This document shows, piece by piece, positions 29,464-38,672 of a DNA stretch of 64,000 bases. The notes under the pieces are model-generated. The model ran no database searches. It was not told the DNA's origin and was given only the letters and a program-made list of their open reading frames with translations. The stretch lies in assembly GCA_027459745.1 (NCBI GenBank), contig DAIDHL010000003.1:1125-65124 (forward strand), in the 5' to 3' direction. A program made the position numbers and the translations under genes. Each line of letters starts with the position of its first letter. Position 1 is the first letter of the stretch. Source of the stretch: Candidatus Levyibacteriota bacterium (GTDB lineage: Bacteria > Patescibacteriota > Microgenomatia > Levybacterales > UBA12049).

Positions 29464-29474
29464 ATGACAAAAAT

Positions 29475-31166
29475 ATGAAAAGCAAAAATATAAGCGGAGC
29501 CAAAGCAGTAATGGAATCTTTAATAGCCGAGCAGGTTGATACGATCTTTGGTTATCCAGGGGGAGCGATCATGCCAATTTATGATGCTTTATATGATTAT
29601 AAAGATCAGATCAAACATATTTTGGTCAGACATGAACAAGGTGCTGCCCATGCAGCTGAAGGATATGCCAGAACTAGTGGCAAAACAGGCGTATGCTTTG
29701 CCACATCTGGACCTGGAGCAACTAATCTCATTACCGGAATTGCCGACGCCATGCTCGATTCAGTTCCACTCGTGTGTATAACTGGTCAAGTTGCATCTCA
29801 TCTGGTAGGCACTGATGCGTTTCAGGAAGTTGACGTCATTGGTATAACCTCTTCTATAACCAAATGGAACTACCAAATTACCAAAAGGGAAGAAATTGAC
29901 TCGATCATCCACCAGGCCTTTAACATAGCTCAAAGCGGAAGGCCTGGACCGGTAGTAATCGACGTTACTAAAGATGCGCAGCTTAATTTGTTCTCCTATC
30001 AGGAAAAAAGGACAAAAAAATTTAATCACTCTAAAAAACGATTAAATAAAAGCACTTTGGACTCAATTGCGAGATTGATAAATCAAGCAGAGCGACCATT
30101 AATTCTGGCGGGTCATGGAATTTTAATTGCTAACGCGGAAACTGAACTAAAAAAATTTGTCGAAAAAACAGATATCCCTGTTGCTTGTACTTTACATGGT
30201 TTAACATCTATACCAGTTGATCATCCGAATTATGTGGGTATGCTGGGTATGCACGGCAATTATGCGCCCAATGTCTTAACCAATCAGGCAGATGTGATTA
30301 TAGCTATTGGCATGCGCTTTGATGATAGAGTCACTAGTGATACCCAAACTTACGCCAAACAAGCCAAAATTATACATATAGACATCGATGCCAGCGAATT
30401 TGATAAAAATGTAAAAACTAAACTAACTCTCCAAGCAGATGCTAAAGAGGCTCTAACAAACTTATTTCCGCTGATAAATAAAGCACAACACAGTGCTTGG
30501 TTGGAAAAATTTCGTCAACTTTATGACCAAGAGCACCTACAAGTTATAACTTCTGATATCAATCGACCGGATACCCAAACTGTCTCCATGGCTGAGGTTA
30601 TTCACCAACTGTCAGAAATTACCCAAGGTAATGCTATTATTGTGGCTGACGTGGGGCAGCATCAAATGGTCACTGCTAGATATTTTAAGCATACATACCC
30701 TAATCACTACTTAACATCAGGCGGTGCTGGCACAATGGGTTTTGCTTTACCGGCAGCAATAGGCGCGAAAGTAGCCAATCCTGACAAAGAAGTTATTGCA
30801 GTCATCGGAGATGGAAGTTTTCAAATGACACTACAGGAATTGGGAACGATTATGCAAGAAAATATTCCGGTAAAAATTATTATTCTTAACAATCATTACC
30901 TGGGTATGGTACGTCAGTGGCAGGAGTTATTCTTCACCAAACGTTATTCTTTTGTAAATATTGACAGTCCCGATTTCGTTGCTCTGGCGAAATCATATGG
31001 CATCATGGGCAATACAGTAATACACAAGTCTGATCTGAAAAAGTCACTGCAACTTCTATGGAAAAGTAAACAAGCTTATTTGCTAGAGGTAAAAGTGGTC
31101 AAAGAAACCAATGTTTTTCCTATGATACCAACAGGAGCAGCTGTCGATGAAATGCGTCTTGAATAA
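29475..31166 (+). CDS. ilvB: Acetolactate synthase large subunit (TPP enzyme)
   Basis: 563 aa with a TPP-binding fold. GDGSFQMTLQELGT near the C-terminus matches the GDG(x)24-27N region. Confidence 0.85.
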   Translation: MKSKNISGAKAVMESLIAEQVDTIFGYPGGAIMPIYDALYDYKDQIKHILVRHEQGAAHAAEGYARTSGKTGVCFATSGPGATNLITGIADAMLDSVPLVCITGQVASHLVGTDAFQEVDVIGITSSITKWNYQITKREEIDSIIHQAFNIAQSGRPGPVVIDVTKDAQLNLFSYQEKRTKKFNHSKKRLNKSTLDSIARLINQAERPLILAGHGILIANAETELKKFVEKTDIPVACTLHGLTSIPVDHPNYVGMLGMHGNYAPNVLTNQADVIIAIGMRFDDRVTSDTQTYAKQAKIIHIDIDASEFDKNVKTKLTLQADAKEALTNLFPLINKAQHSAWLEKFRQLYDQEHLQVITSDINRPDTQTVSMAEVIHQLSEITQGNAIIVADVGQHQMVTARYFKHTYPNHYLTSGGAGTMGFALPAAIGAKVANPDKEVIAVIGDGSFQMTLQELGTIMQENIPVKIIILNNHYLGMVRQWQELFFTKRYSFVNIDSPDFVALAKSYGIMGNTVIHKSDLKKSLQLLWKSKQAYLLEVKVVKETNVFPMIPTGAAVDEMRLE

Positions 31167-31169
31167 TCT

Positions 31170-31409
31170 ATGGAGAAAAAAATATTTACTATTACTATTG
31201 TTTCCCAAAATACACCTGGCGTTTTATACCGCATAGCGGGTATGTTTTTACGACGAAAAATTAATATCGAGTCATTGCATGTTAAAGCAACCTCACTTAA
31301 AACAAAAGCTAAATTTATTATAAAAGTCACTTCAAAGTTGGATATCGTAAAGGTTATGTGCAAACAAATGGAGAAAATCGTGGAAGTAGAGGAGGTTGTT
31401 TTGAAATGA
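31170..31409 (+). CDS. ilvN: Acetolactate synthase small subunit, minimal ACT-domain form
   Basis: IVSQNTPGVLYRIAGMFLRRKINIESLHV is an ACT domain. The ATGA overlap with ilvA suggests translational coupling. Confidence 0.65.
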   Translation: MEKKIFTITIVSQNTPGVLYRIAGMFLRRKINIESLHVKATSLKTKAKFIIKVTSKLDIVKVMCKQMEKIVEVEEVVLK

Positions 31410-32650
31410 CAATAACTATTCAACAAATCGACCAGGCAGCGAAAACTTTGGAGAAAGTTGTACAGCAAACACCATTACTGTATTCGAAACGTTTGTCTAA
31501 GCAGTATAAAGCCAATATCTACCTCAAGCGTGAAGACTTACAGGAGGTGCGCTCGTTTAAAATTCGCGGTGCATATAATAAGATCGCATCATTAACTGCT
31601 GATGAGAAGAGACGAGGAGTTGTTTGTGCCAGTGCAGGAAATCATGCGCAAGGTGTGGCTCTGGGATGTTTTCTGCAGAAAATAAAAGGGGTTATTTTTA
31701 TGCCCCGCGTTACGCCAAATCAAAAAATTGAAAAAGTAAAACAATTTGGCCAGAAGTATGTGGAGGTCAAATTGGTAGGCCAGACTTTTGATGATGCAAG
31801 TGCAGAATCGAAAATTTACACCCAACAGAATAATATGGTATACGTTCATCCTTTCGATGATCCTCTGGTTATTGCCGGACAGGGAACTGTAGGTAAAGAA
31901 ATTTTCGAACAATCCGCAGGTAATGTAGACATAGTTATTTCTCCTATCGGTGGGGGTGGTTTGACCTCGGGGATTTCCAGCTATCTAAAACAGAAAAATT
32001 CAAAAATAACAATCATCGGAACCGAACCCCAGGGGGCAGCCGGCATGCACTCTTCAGTAAGTAATGGCTCAGTGACATCATTGGAAACAATTGATACTTT
32101 TGTGGATGGCGCAGCAGTAAAAACTGTCGGGAATATGACTTTTGCCATATGCCAAAAATACGTTTCTAAAATCGTGACTATTCCTGAAGGTATGGACTGT
32201 ACGACCATGATAGAACTTTATCAAAAAGACGGCATCATCGCTGAACCCGCAGGAGCGTTAAGTATCTCGACTTTAGAAAAAATTAAAGATGAAATAAGAG
32301 GAAAAACTGTGGTTTGTGTGCTAAGTGGGGGAAACAATGATTTACTGCGCTATCCAGAAATTTTAGAACGAAGTCTGATCTATCTAGGCAGGAAGCATTA
32401 TTTCATCATCGAATTTGCCCAAAAGCCAGGTCAGTTACGTCAATTTGTAGACCAGGCGCTTGGCCCTACTGATGATATTGTGAGGTTTGAATATATTAAA
32501 AAAACAAACAAGGAAAAAGGTCCAGCTCTAGTGGGAGTAGAGTTACAAAACGCTAAAGATTACAATTCATTACTCAAACGTATGGATAAGATTGGTTTAC
32601 AATATAGAATTTTACAACAGGATGATTTACTGTATCAATATTTGGTATAA
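31406..32650 (+). CDS. ilvA: Threonine ammonia-lyase (biosynthetic-type, one C-terminal regulatory domain)
   Basis: PLP motif FKIRGAYNK. GNHAQGVA. A Gly-rich GGGG loop. SD GGAGG 10 nt upstream of the ATG at 31406. Confidence 0.8.
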   Translation: MTITIQQIDQAAKTLEKVVQQTPLLYSKRLSKQYKANIYLKREDLQEVRSFKIRGAYNKIASLTADEKRRGVVCASAGNHAQGVALGCFLQKIKGVIFMPRVTPNQKIEKVKQFGQKYVEVKLVGQTFDDASAESKIYTQQNNMVYVHPFDDPLVIAGQGTVGKEIFEQSAGNVDIVISPIGGGGLTSGISSYLKQKNSKITIIGTEPQGAAGMHSSVSNGSVTSLETIDTFVDGAAVKTVGNMTFAICQKYVSKIVTIPEGMDCTTMIELYQKDGIIAEPAGALSISTLEKIKDEIRGKTVVCVLSGGNNDLLRYPEILERSLIYLGRKHYFIIEFAQKPGQLRQFVDQALGPTDDIVRFEYIKKTNKEKGPALVGVELQNAKDYNSLLKRMDKIGLQYRILQQDDLLYQYLV

Positions 32651-32657
32651 ATAAGAT

Positions 32658-33038
32658 ATGCAACAGATTCAAACCAAGAAAGCACCTCAAGCCATTGGCC
32701 CTTACTCACAAGCTATCATGTTGGAAAATGGAACCATATATTGCTCAGGACAAATAGGGTTGAACCCACAAACCGGAGAATTAGCTTCGGGAATAGAGGC
32801 ACAAACCAAACAAATTATGCAAAATATTCAAGCTCTACTGGAAGAGTTAGGTTATTCACTGGAAAATATCTGCAAAACCACTATCTTCTTGACTGATATG
32901 AACGACTTTACAAAAGTGAATGAAATTTATGGCTCATTTTTCTCTACACACAAACCTGCCCGGTCAACCGTAGGGGTGGCTCAGTTACCAAAACATGCAT
33001 TAGTAGAAATCGAAGTGATTGCCTATAATAAAATTTGA
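32658..33038 (+). CDS. ridA: RidA (YjgF/TdcF) enamine/imine deaminase
   Basis: 126 aa. It begins APQAIGPYSQA and ends ARSTVGVAQLPKHALVEIEVIA. Confidence 0.75.
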   Translation: MQQIQTKKAPQAIGPYSQAIMLENGTIYCSGQIGLNPQTGELASGIEAQTKQIMQNIQALLEELGYSLENICKTTIFLTDMNDFTKVNEIYGSFFSTHKPARSTVGVAQLPKHALVEIEVIAYNKI

Positions 33039-33064
33039 CAGTATGGTATATATTTTTGTAAAAT
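33035..33064 (+). promoter_or_regulatory. Promoter TTGACA-18-TAAAAT driving second leader peptide (leaderless)
   Basis: TTGACA at 33035-40. The -10 element ends 7 nt before the leader ATG at 33072. Confidence 0.4.
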
Positions 33065-33071
33065 ACAAAAT

Positions 33072-33122
33072 ATGATAAATAGAACTCAAGTTGTTGTTGC
33101 TCTCCTTCTTATCCGTTCTTAG
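33072..33122 (+). CDS. Branched-chain-type leader peptide MINRTQVVVALLLIRS (16 aa)
   Basis: Codon run GTT GTT GTT GCT CTC CTT CTT ATC. The stop TAG overlaps a GCGGG element. Confidence 0.5.
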   Translation: MINRTQVVVALLLIRS

Positions 33123-33160
33123 CGGGTTAGATTTGGTGCAATAAACACACAAAATCATAT

Positions 33161-33181
33161 CCCGCGAAAGCGGGTTTTTTT
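33161..33181 (+). terminator. Attenuator terminator CCCGC-GAAA-GCGGG + T7
   Basis: GNRA-type loop. An upstream GCGGG copy at 33122-26 could form an antiterminator with CCCGC. Confidence 0.55.
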
Positions 33182-33826
33182 ATGGTAAATTTAGCAGAGA
33201 TAGAACCATCAATAAGATCATTTTCTACACCTTCAATAACTGAAGGAGGATTAGTAGTACCTCAAGCATTACCTATTCATGCTAGAGATAGATCGTTCTC
33301 AGATTTACGCAGAGTCCGATTTATAGACGCTGTAGATGAGGATCGTGGATACCCAATCTTAAAATACCTACCTCATTCTTCACAGCCAGTAATGTTTGGG
33401 ATACCACGAGGAGATCAACCAATCTATGGTGGAATATTGCGTAACATGGATCGTCATAATGTTGCATTATATGCACTAAACAAACAAATGGGTGGAGCAG
33501 AAAGAATAAGAACATATCTACGAGGATATTATGAAGTTAATAGACAAAAAAATGACCATTCGCGTCACATGGTTATCTTTGAAATGCATCCAGATGAGAA
33601 AGGCAAATTTGATCCAAAGGACTTACAGCCGGAAGAGTGGGGTTTTTTTGACCCTAACCAATATTTAACACAACAAAATATTCAAAGTATTATGTCTGCT
33701 GCAGCTGCTGATACATTAAGAGTTCAATATAGTAGAATATCTACGACAGCGTTTGAACAAAAAGCTCTTCAAGCCGAAAGAGCAGCTCGCAAGAAACATT
33801 CTTATTATGATCATCAAAGTGACTAA
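33182..33826 (+). CDS. Hypothetical protein (start uncertain; the ATG immediately follows the terminator T-run)
   Basis: 214-aa ORF with no recognisable motif. Confidence 0.4.
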   Translation: MVNLAEIEPSIRSFSTPSITEGGLVVPQALPIHARDRSFSDLRRVRFIDAVDEDRGYPILKYLPHSSQPVMFGIPRGDQPIYGGILRNMDRHNVALYALNKQMGGAERIRTYLRGYYEVNRQKNDHSRHMVIFEMHPDEKGKFDPKDLQPEEWGFFDPNQYLTQQNIQSIMSAAAADTLRVQYSRISTTAFEQKALQAERAARKKHSYYDHQSD

Positions 33827-34075
33827 AGATCTGTGCAGGAATTTTAGTTTTGTATTATAATCTGCCCATGGAAAGAAGACCTTTCTCAGTTTATATACAC
33901 TCCACTCCCAAGACGGAAGTGTTGAGTAGCAGTTTGGAATATGCTGATAAGCAACCAGATCCTCATTCATCTATCAGTATTTTTGTCAAAGAAAGAAGAT
34001 TAAATAGCCAACCAAGAGGACTCCGAGCAGCTGTACTTAGAAGAAGATTAAAAACACAAAATAAAAAGTAGAGTG

Positions 34076-34149
34076 TGGGCCCTACAGGGCTCGAACCTGT
34101 GACCTTTACAATGTCAATGTAACGCTCTAGCCAACTGAGCTAAGAGCCC
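34076..34149 (-). tRNA. tRNA-Val (anticodon GAC)
   Basis: Acceptor GGGCTCT/AGGGCCC, D arm GCTC-AGTTGGCTA-GAGC, anticodon stem-loop TTACA-TTGACAT-TGTAA, T loop TTCGAGC. Confidence 0.8.
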
Positions 34150-34194
34150 AAACTGACTCCAATTATAGCATAAAATTTCTCACACTCAGTAGAA

Positions 34195-35400
34195 CTATTT
34201 ATTTACAAATAAAATAGCATTGGGAATATTGCGGCCAGGTCCTAATTTATAACCTCCATACCAAAGAGCAGTAGATCCACCTTCGTCTAAATTAAGTGCA
34301 TTATTCATACCCATCGCTTTCATTACATTCGCACTATCTTGCATCGTCGCGCCTAAGACATCGCCGATATAAATGGTACTACCAATATTTGCGATAAAAC
34401 CCCGTGTACCAACGCTATTATACTTTCCATCCCCGCTGCCTCCATAGACAATTTGATTATTTAGAACTAACAACGGCTGCATCGCCAAGACCATATCTGG
34501 ACTAGTATCACGACCCCATTGCTCAGAAGCGGATACAAAACGCACATTAGTTCCGGAAATAATTACAGCAGGGACTATGCTATATACATTATTAGCAGAG
34601 TTGAAATAAGTTTTATTTTTATTCATTAATAAAGTATCAAATGATCCTGTTTTACCTGCACAGCTGGGATAATCTGCTGGACAAAAAAATGTACCATTTA
34701 TGCCCGCCCATGCACCGTTACGCGAAACATAATCTGACAGAGGTAGTACAGGACAATTATTACCACAATCAGAGCCAGAAGCAGTATCGACAATTATGCG
34801 GGTCGAATTTAAATCAGCAGCAATAATATCGACTAAAAAAATTCCATTGCTAGTGCTAACATACTGCTGATTAAAACCATTCTTGGGAGGTATGTTTGAT
34901 GTGGTCGCATTGGCAGGTGCTAAACTACCTCCTGGTGTGCTCATTGCTGCAATCGTGTCTTGTGCTTGGGTAATTTGTGATTTTAAGACGCTTAAACTTG
35001 CCGATGCTGATGCGTAGTTCATTTCTCCCAAATCACTCACAGTCGTAACATACAGTGGAATCAATTTATCAATTTTTTGATTTTGATCCTGTAGATCCAG
35101 CATATCTTGATAAGCACTGATTGAAGATTTATAAGTTGATTGAATATTTTTTTCTAGATTCTCTAACGCTTGATTACGTTTATATTGATCCTGGTTTTTT
35201 AATGCTAAATAATTTTTATCAAGTATAGCTAAATTAATTGACAAAGCTGAAGTCTGTTGTTGTTGAGAAACTAAAGAATCATCAGTAAAAAAAATATAGA
35301 TCAAAAGAGCAATACATGATAATAACAGAATTACAATTATTATCCCTTCTTCGACCGGCAACCAAGTGATAAATTTTTTATAAATCCTTTTTATGTACAT
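34195..35400 (-). CDS. Phosphodiester glycosidase family protein (DUF2233/NAGPA-like), membrane-anchored with coiled coil
   Basis: C-terminal NALNLDEGGSTALWYGG resembles the NAGPA-domain signature. N-terminal TM and a Q-rich coiled coil. Confidence 0.5.
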   Translation of the reverse strand: MYIKRIYKKFITWLPVEEGIIIVILLLSCIALLIYIFFTDDSLVSQQQQTSALSINLAILDKNYLALKNQDQYKRNQALENLEKNIQSTYKSSISAYQDMLDLQDQNQKIDKLIPLYVTTVSDLGEMNYASASASLSVLKSQITQAQDTIAAMSTPGGSLAPANATTSNIPPKNGFNQQYVSTSNGIFLVDIIAADLNSTRIIVDTASGSDCGNNCPVLPLSDYVSRNGAWAGINGTFFCPADYPSCAGKTGSFDTLLMNKNKTYFNSANNVYSIVPAVIISGTNVRFVSASEQWGRDTSPDMVLAMQPLLVLNNQIVYGGSGDGKYNSVGTRGFIANIGSTIYIGDVLGATMQDSANVMKAMGMNNALNLDEGGSTALWYGGYKLGPGRNIPNAILFVNK

Positions 35401-35461
35401 AAAATAATGTTAGCATGAAGACTCTTGCAATTAAAAGCTTTATTATCTAAAATTTTATCTC

Positions 35462-35863
35462 ATGTCCAAAGCGTTTGTTGATAATCTAATCCACAATATG
35501 AAACTCGCCGGAGTTATAACCAAAGTCACACCTTGGTCAGTTGAGGGATTCGGAGATAAAGCTCTCAATGTCCGATATCTGGGAATTAAACTCCCCGAAG
35601 ACTGGCAGGAAATTTTTTCCGATAAAAATAATTTGTTATTAAAATTTGTGATTGATCGCTCAACTGCGGTGGTTGAATTTTATCTGGCCAACAAACCACC
35701 CTTTGTAAAAATAATTACACGTGATTTTAATGACGGCGATAAATGGGAGAATGTCTTGGGTGAAGTGAAGAATAGATTAAAACGTGACAAAGCAGATTTT
35801 CAAAATCACAATGAACAAGTAGGAAATATTTATAGCCGAATAAATGCTGCGCTCAAGAAGTAA
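35462..35863 (+). CDS. Hypothetical protein
   Basis: 133-aa ORF. Confidence 0.4.
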   Translation: MSKAFVDNLIHNMKLAGVITKVTPWSVEGFGDKALNVRYLGIKLPEDWQEIFSDKNNLLLKFVIDRSTAVVEFYLANKPPFVKIITRDFNDGDKWENVLGEVKNRLKRDKADFQNHNEQVGNIYSRINAALKK

Positions 35864-35888
35864 GAATTATATTTAGTTTTAAATAGAC

Positions 35889-36185
35889 TTAGTCACTATT
35901 TACCACACCTACGTAATCAATTTTTGGGAAGCGCATCCTAATTTCTTTCCAAAAATTTTCAGATAGACTCTGTGAGAATTTACCATATTTACCTGACTCA
36001 GTTTTGGAGCATAGCATATTTTCCCAGCGTTGAATGATACGCACGGCTTTTTGTCCAATTTGATTAAATTCTTCTTGAAATACCTGTGGTTCATCGACGT
36101 ATTTAGCGTGAATCAGCGAGAAGGATTCAAATAATTCCTTGTTCGCCTCAAGCATGTCCAAAACTTGTTGTTTGTACTTAACCAT
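35889..36185 (-). CDS. Hypothetical protein
   Basis: 98-aa ORF. Confidence 0.35.
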   Translation of the reverse strand: MVKYKQQVLDMLEANKELFESFSLIHAKYVDEPQVFQEEFNQIGQKAVRIIQRWENMLCSKTESGKYGKFSQSLSENFWKEIRMRFPKIDYVGVVNSD

Positions 36186-36249
36186 AAAGATCTATGCTAA
36201 TAAAATAAACACTTTTCGTCAAGATATATTTGGTGTTATACTATTTTCC

Positions 36250-36840
36250 ATGACTCACGAACAGGCATATATACTACTGACTAAATATTTAAAAAACAAG
36301 AATCTAATCAAGCATTGCCGATCTTGTGAAGTCGCCATGCAAGCTTTGTGCAAACACTTACACCCCGATGCAACAGAAGAAGAAATACAAACCTGGGGCA
36401 TCACTGGACTATTACATGATGTTGATTATGAGATAGCCCAAGAAAAAAATATGTTGGATAAACACGGCTTGTTAATTTTTGATAAAACCCTCATCGGTAT
36501 TGAAGAGACTACTTTTCCTGAGAGAATTAAACATGCTATTCAAGCCCACAATTATGAGCATACGCAAGTTATGCCAGCCAGTGATTTAGATTGGGGAATA
36601 GCCTGTATAGATCAGCTAACTGGCCTAATCATTGCTGCTGCTTTGGTACGACCTGATAAACAACTAAGTTCGGTAGACACAACAACCGTTTTAAAAAGAT
36701 TTAAAGAAAAAAGTTTTGCCAAAGGTGCGAGTAGAGAGTCTATCCAAAATTGTGAAGAAAAACTCGGCATTCCACTTGATCAGTTTATTACTATTACTCT
36801 GCAAGCCATGCAGGAAATCCACCAAGAATTAGGTTTATAA
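36250..36840 (+). CDS. HD-domain phosphohydrolase family protein
   Basis: H...HD pattern (CKHLH ... GLLHDVDYE). TGTTATACT extended -10 lies 7 nt before the ATG at 36250 (leaderless). Confidence 0.5.
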   Translation: MTHEQAYILLTKYLKNKNLIKHCRSCEVAMQALCKHLHPDATEEEIQTWGITGLLHDVDYEIAQEKNMLDKHGLLIFDKTLIGIEETTFPERIKHAIQAHNYEHTQVMPASDLDWGIACIDQLTGLIIAAALVRPDKQLSSVDTTTVLKRFKEKSFAKGASRESIQNCEEKLGIPLDQFITITLQAMQEIHQELGL

Positions 36841-36955
36841 GCTCCAAAGTTTAAATTATATATCTCAGAAAACTTGGAAAACTCAGTTAATCAGTCTGAT
36901 AACCTTACTGGGCTGATTCTCTGAGTGTCCTGAAAATTGTGATTAATTTGAGGAT

Positions 36956-37447
36956 CTATGGTCTTACAATGTGCCAGACGCCACCGACGCCATCACCATT
37001 TATATCACCAGGTTTTTTATCCTGAATATAGTAGTACAAAGGCATACCTTTCCAAGCAAATTGTTTGGAACCATCACTGCGTGTAATCACGGAGATGTTG
37101 GCAGGAAAAGTCTTCTGCGCGGTCGCGCCCGATGTATAAATCGGCCAGACAGCCAAACATTGTCCTGCACAATTACTTACACCATTATTATCCTTACTAT
37201 AGGTATAAAGTGTATTCCCAGCAAAATCAGTCAAATATTGTCCTTTGGTTTTGTCTGTTTTAATCAAATAAATGTTGTCCGAAGGAACCATGGCAGTAGT
37301 TGTTTTATTTGAAGTCACCGTAGTATTCATCATAACCGGAGTGGGCTGGGACATACCCAACATAGCTTTAAGCTGATGTCTCTCGAAATAACCACCAATT
37401 GCAGCTAATACAATTATTACTATTACTATCCACAACCATGTTTTCAT
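36956..37447 (-). CDS. Secreted lipoprotein-like protein with COG4315 (PF03640) repeats
   Basis: Two copies of the pattern Y..D..G.TLY.Y..D...S.C.G.C...WP and G.PLYYY..D..PGD..GDGV..VWH.V. Confidence 0.5.
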   Translation of the reverse strand: MKTWLWIVIVIIVLAAIGGYFERHQLKAMLGMSQPTPVMMNTTVTSNKTTTAMVPSDNIYLIKTDKTKGQYLTDFAGNTLYTYSKDNNGVSNCAGQCLAVWPIYTSGATAQKTFPANISVITRSDGSKQFAWKGMPLYYYIQDKKPGDINGDGVGGVWHIVRP

Positions 37448-37504
37448 ATACTAATGTGAGAATAATCACTTTTTAATTCGTTGTCAATATCTAAATAACA
37501 AATA

Positions 37505-38023
37505 CTAAAATTTCCTACTATCATAGGCCCAGTGCAATAGGGCTTGTCTTTGAACAGGACGGCACAAGAGATCCTCTGGACGGCAATTTTTATTTATTTG
37601 TGCAATATGTCGTCGCATATTCTTCCATCTTTTAACTTGCCTAAGATCTTCACTTGGGATACGTCTACCCATGTAATAGCGACAATACCACTGAAACCAA
37701 CCCCTAGGATCATCCCTATAAATCCATCCCTTATTTTGCCAAATCTTTAGTGGCTGACTGGCATTTACTTTAAAATAATTCAATTGTGCATCATGAAACT
37801 CGTGATTTAACTTAGCGTATTCAAACCAATCAGAAGGAAATTCTGTAAGACAATCTGTCATGTATTTACCACCAAAGACACCCATTCGTAGCATCTCTTT
37901 AGGAGTAAGATCAGGTTTAAATTCAGAAGCAAAGTTTTTACCAACTGGCTCAATCAGAAAGTAGGTATAGTTTTTCTGCATTAAGTCATTTACCACTACT
38001 TTTCTCATCGATTCATCACCCAC
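37505..38023 (-). CDS. Hypothetical protein
   Basis: 172-aa Trp/Arg-rich ORF (RGWFQWYCRYYMGRR). No family assigned. Confidence 0.4.
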   Translation of the reverse strand: MGDESMRKVVVNDLMQKNYTYFLIEPVGKNFASEFKPDLTPKEMLRMGVFGGKYMTDCLTEFPSDWFEYAKLNHEFHDAQLNYFKVNASQPLKIWQNKGWIYRDDPRGWFQWYCRYYMGRRIPSEDLRQVKRWKNMRRHIAQINKNCRPEDLLCRPVQRQALLHWAYDSRKF

Positions 38024-38499
38024 ACACTATAGTTTAAATAACCAGCAAACGTCACCCATAACAAGTACGGTATTAAGATATAACCCGCAGCTTTTGAAAT
38101 TCTAGCAAATATTAACATGCACGCCAAGATAGTCATCCATAAAACACCCATTTCCCATAAAGCAAAAAATGGCTGTTGCCAACCAAAAAAAATCACCGAC
38201 CAAAAGAAATTTAACACTAATTGCAGAACGAACATTTGTATACCCAGTAATTTGGTCACTGCTAACCTGCCCTGATTTTTTTTATTCCACACCAAAAATA
38301 GTGCAATTCCCATTAGAAAATATAACGTTGTCCACACGGGTCCAAATACCCACGCTGGGGGATTTAAACTGGCTTTATGTAATCCTGCATACCAAGTAGG
38401 GATAGCTGTAAGTGTAAACGGGATGCTTAACAATCCAACTGACTCACAAATAACAATAGCACCAAGTACTTTGCTTATAAACTTGAAATTTAACTTCAT
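38005..38499 (-). CDS. TspO/MBR (tryptophan-rich sensory protein) family
   Basis: NPPAWVFGPVWTTLYFLMGIALFLVW, with 5 TM segments. Confidence 0.7.
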   Translation of the reverse strand: MKLNFKFISKVLGAIVICESVGLLSIPFTLTAIPTWYAGLHKASLNPPAWVFGPVWTTLYFLMGIALFLVWNKKNQGRLAVTKLLGIQMFVLQLVLNFFWSVIFFGWQQPFFALWEMGVLWMTILACMLIFARISKAAGYILIPYLLWVTFAGYLNYSVWVMNR

Positions 38500-38582
38500 T
38501 ATTTTCAGTATGTATCAGTACATTAAGTATGTCAATAAATAATAAAACAGATTAAGAGAGCGACTTTTTAAGTTTACAAAAC

Positions 38583-38650
38583 AATATCTGGCAACATTTG
38601 GCAATATCTGGTAATATTCGGTAATATCTGGCAATCTTTCGACAATTTCA
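38583..38650. repeat. Tandem array of ~6 degenerate 10-11-bp units (consensus ATATCTGGCA) in the promoter region of the second Fic gene
   Basis: The units read aatatctggca / acatttggca / atatctggta / atattcggta / atatctggca / atctttcgaca, i.e. helical phasing at about 10.5 bp. Confidence 0.5.
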
Positions 38651-38672
38651 GGACTATAGTTTAAATAATAAT

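Noticed and set aside
33242-33250. GAAGGAGGA SD-like sequence inside the 33182 ORF, considered as an alternative start
   Set aside because: No in-frame ATG, GTG or TTG within 5-12 nt downstream. It more likely encodes the EGG tripeptide.
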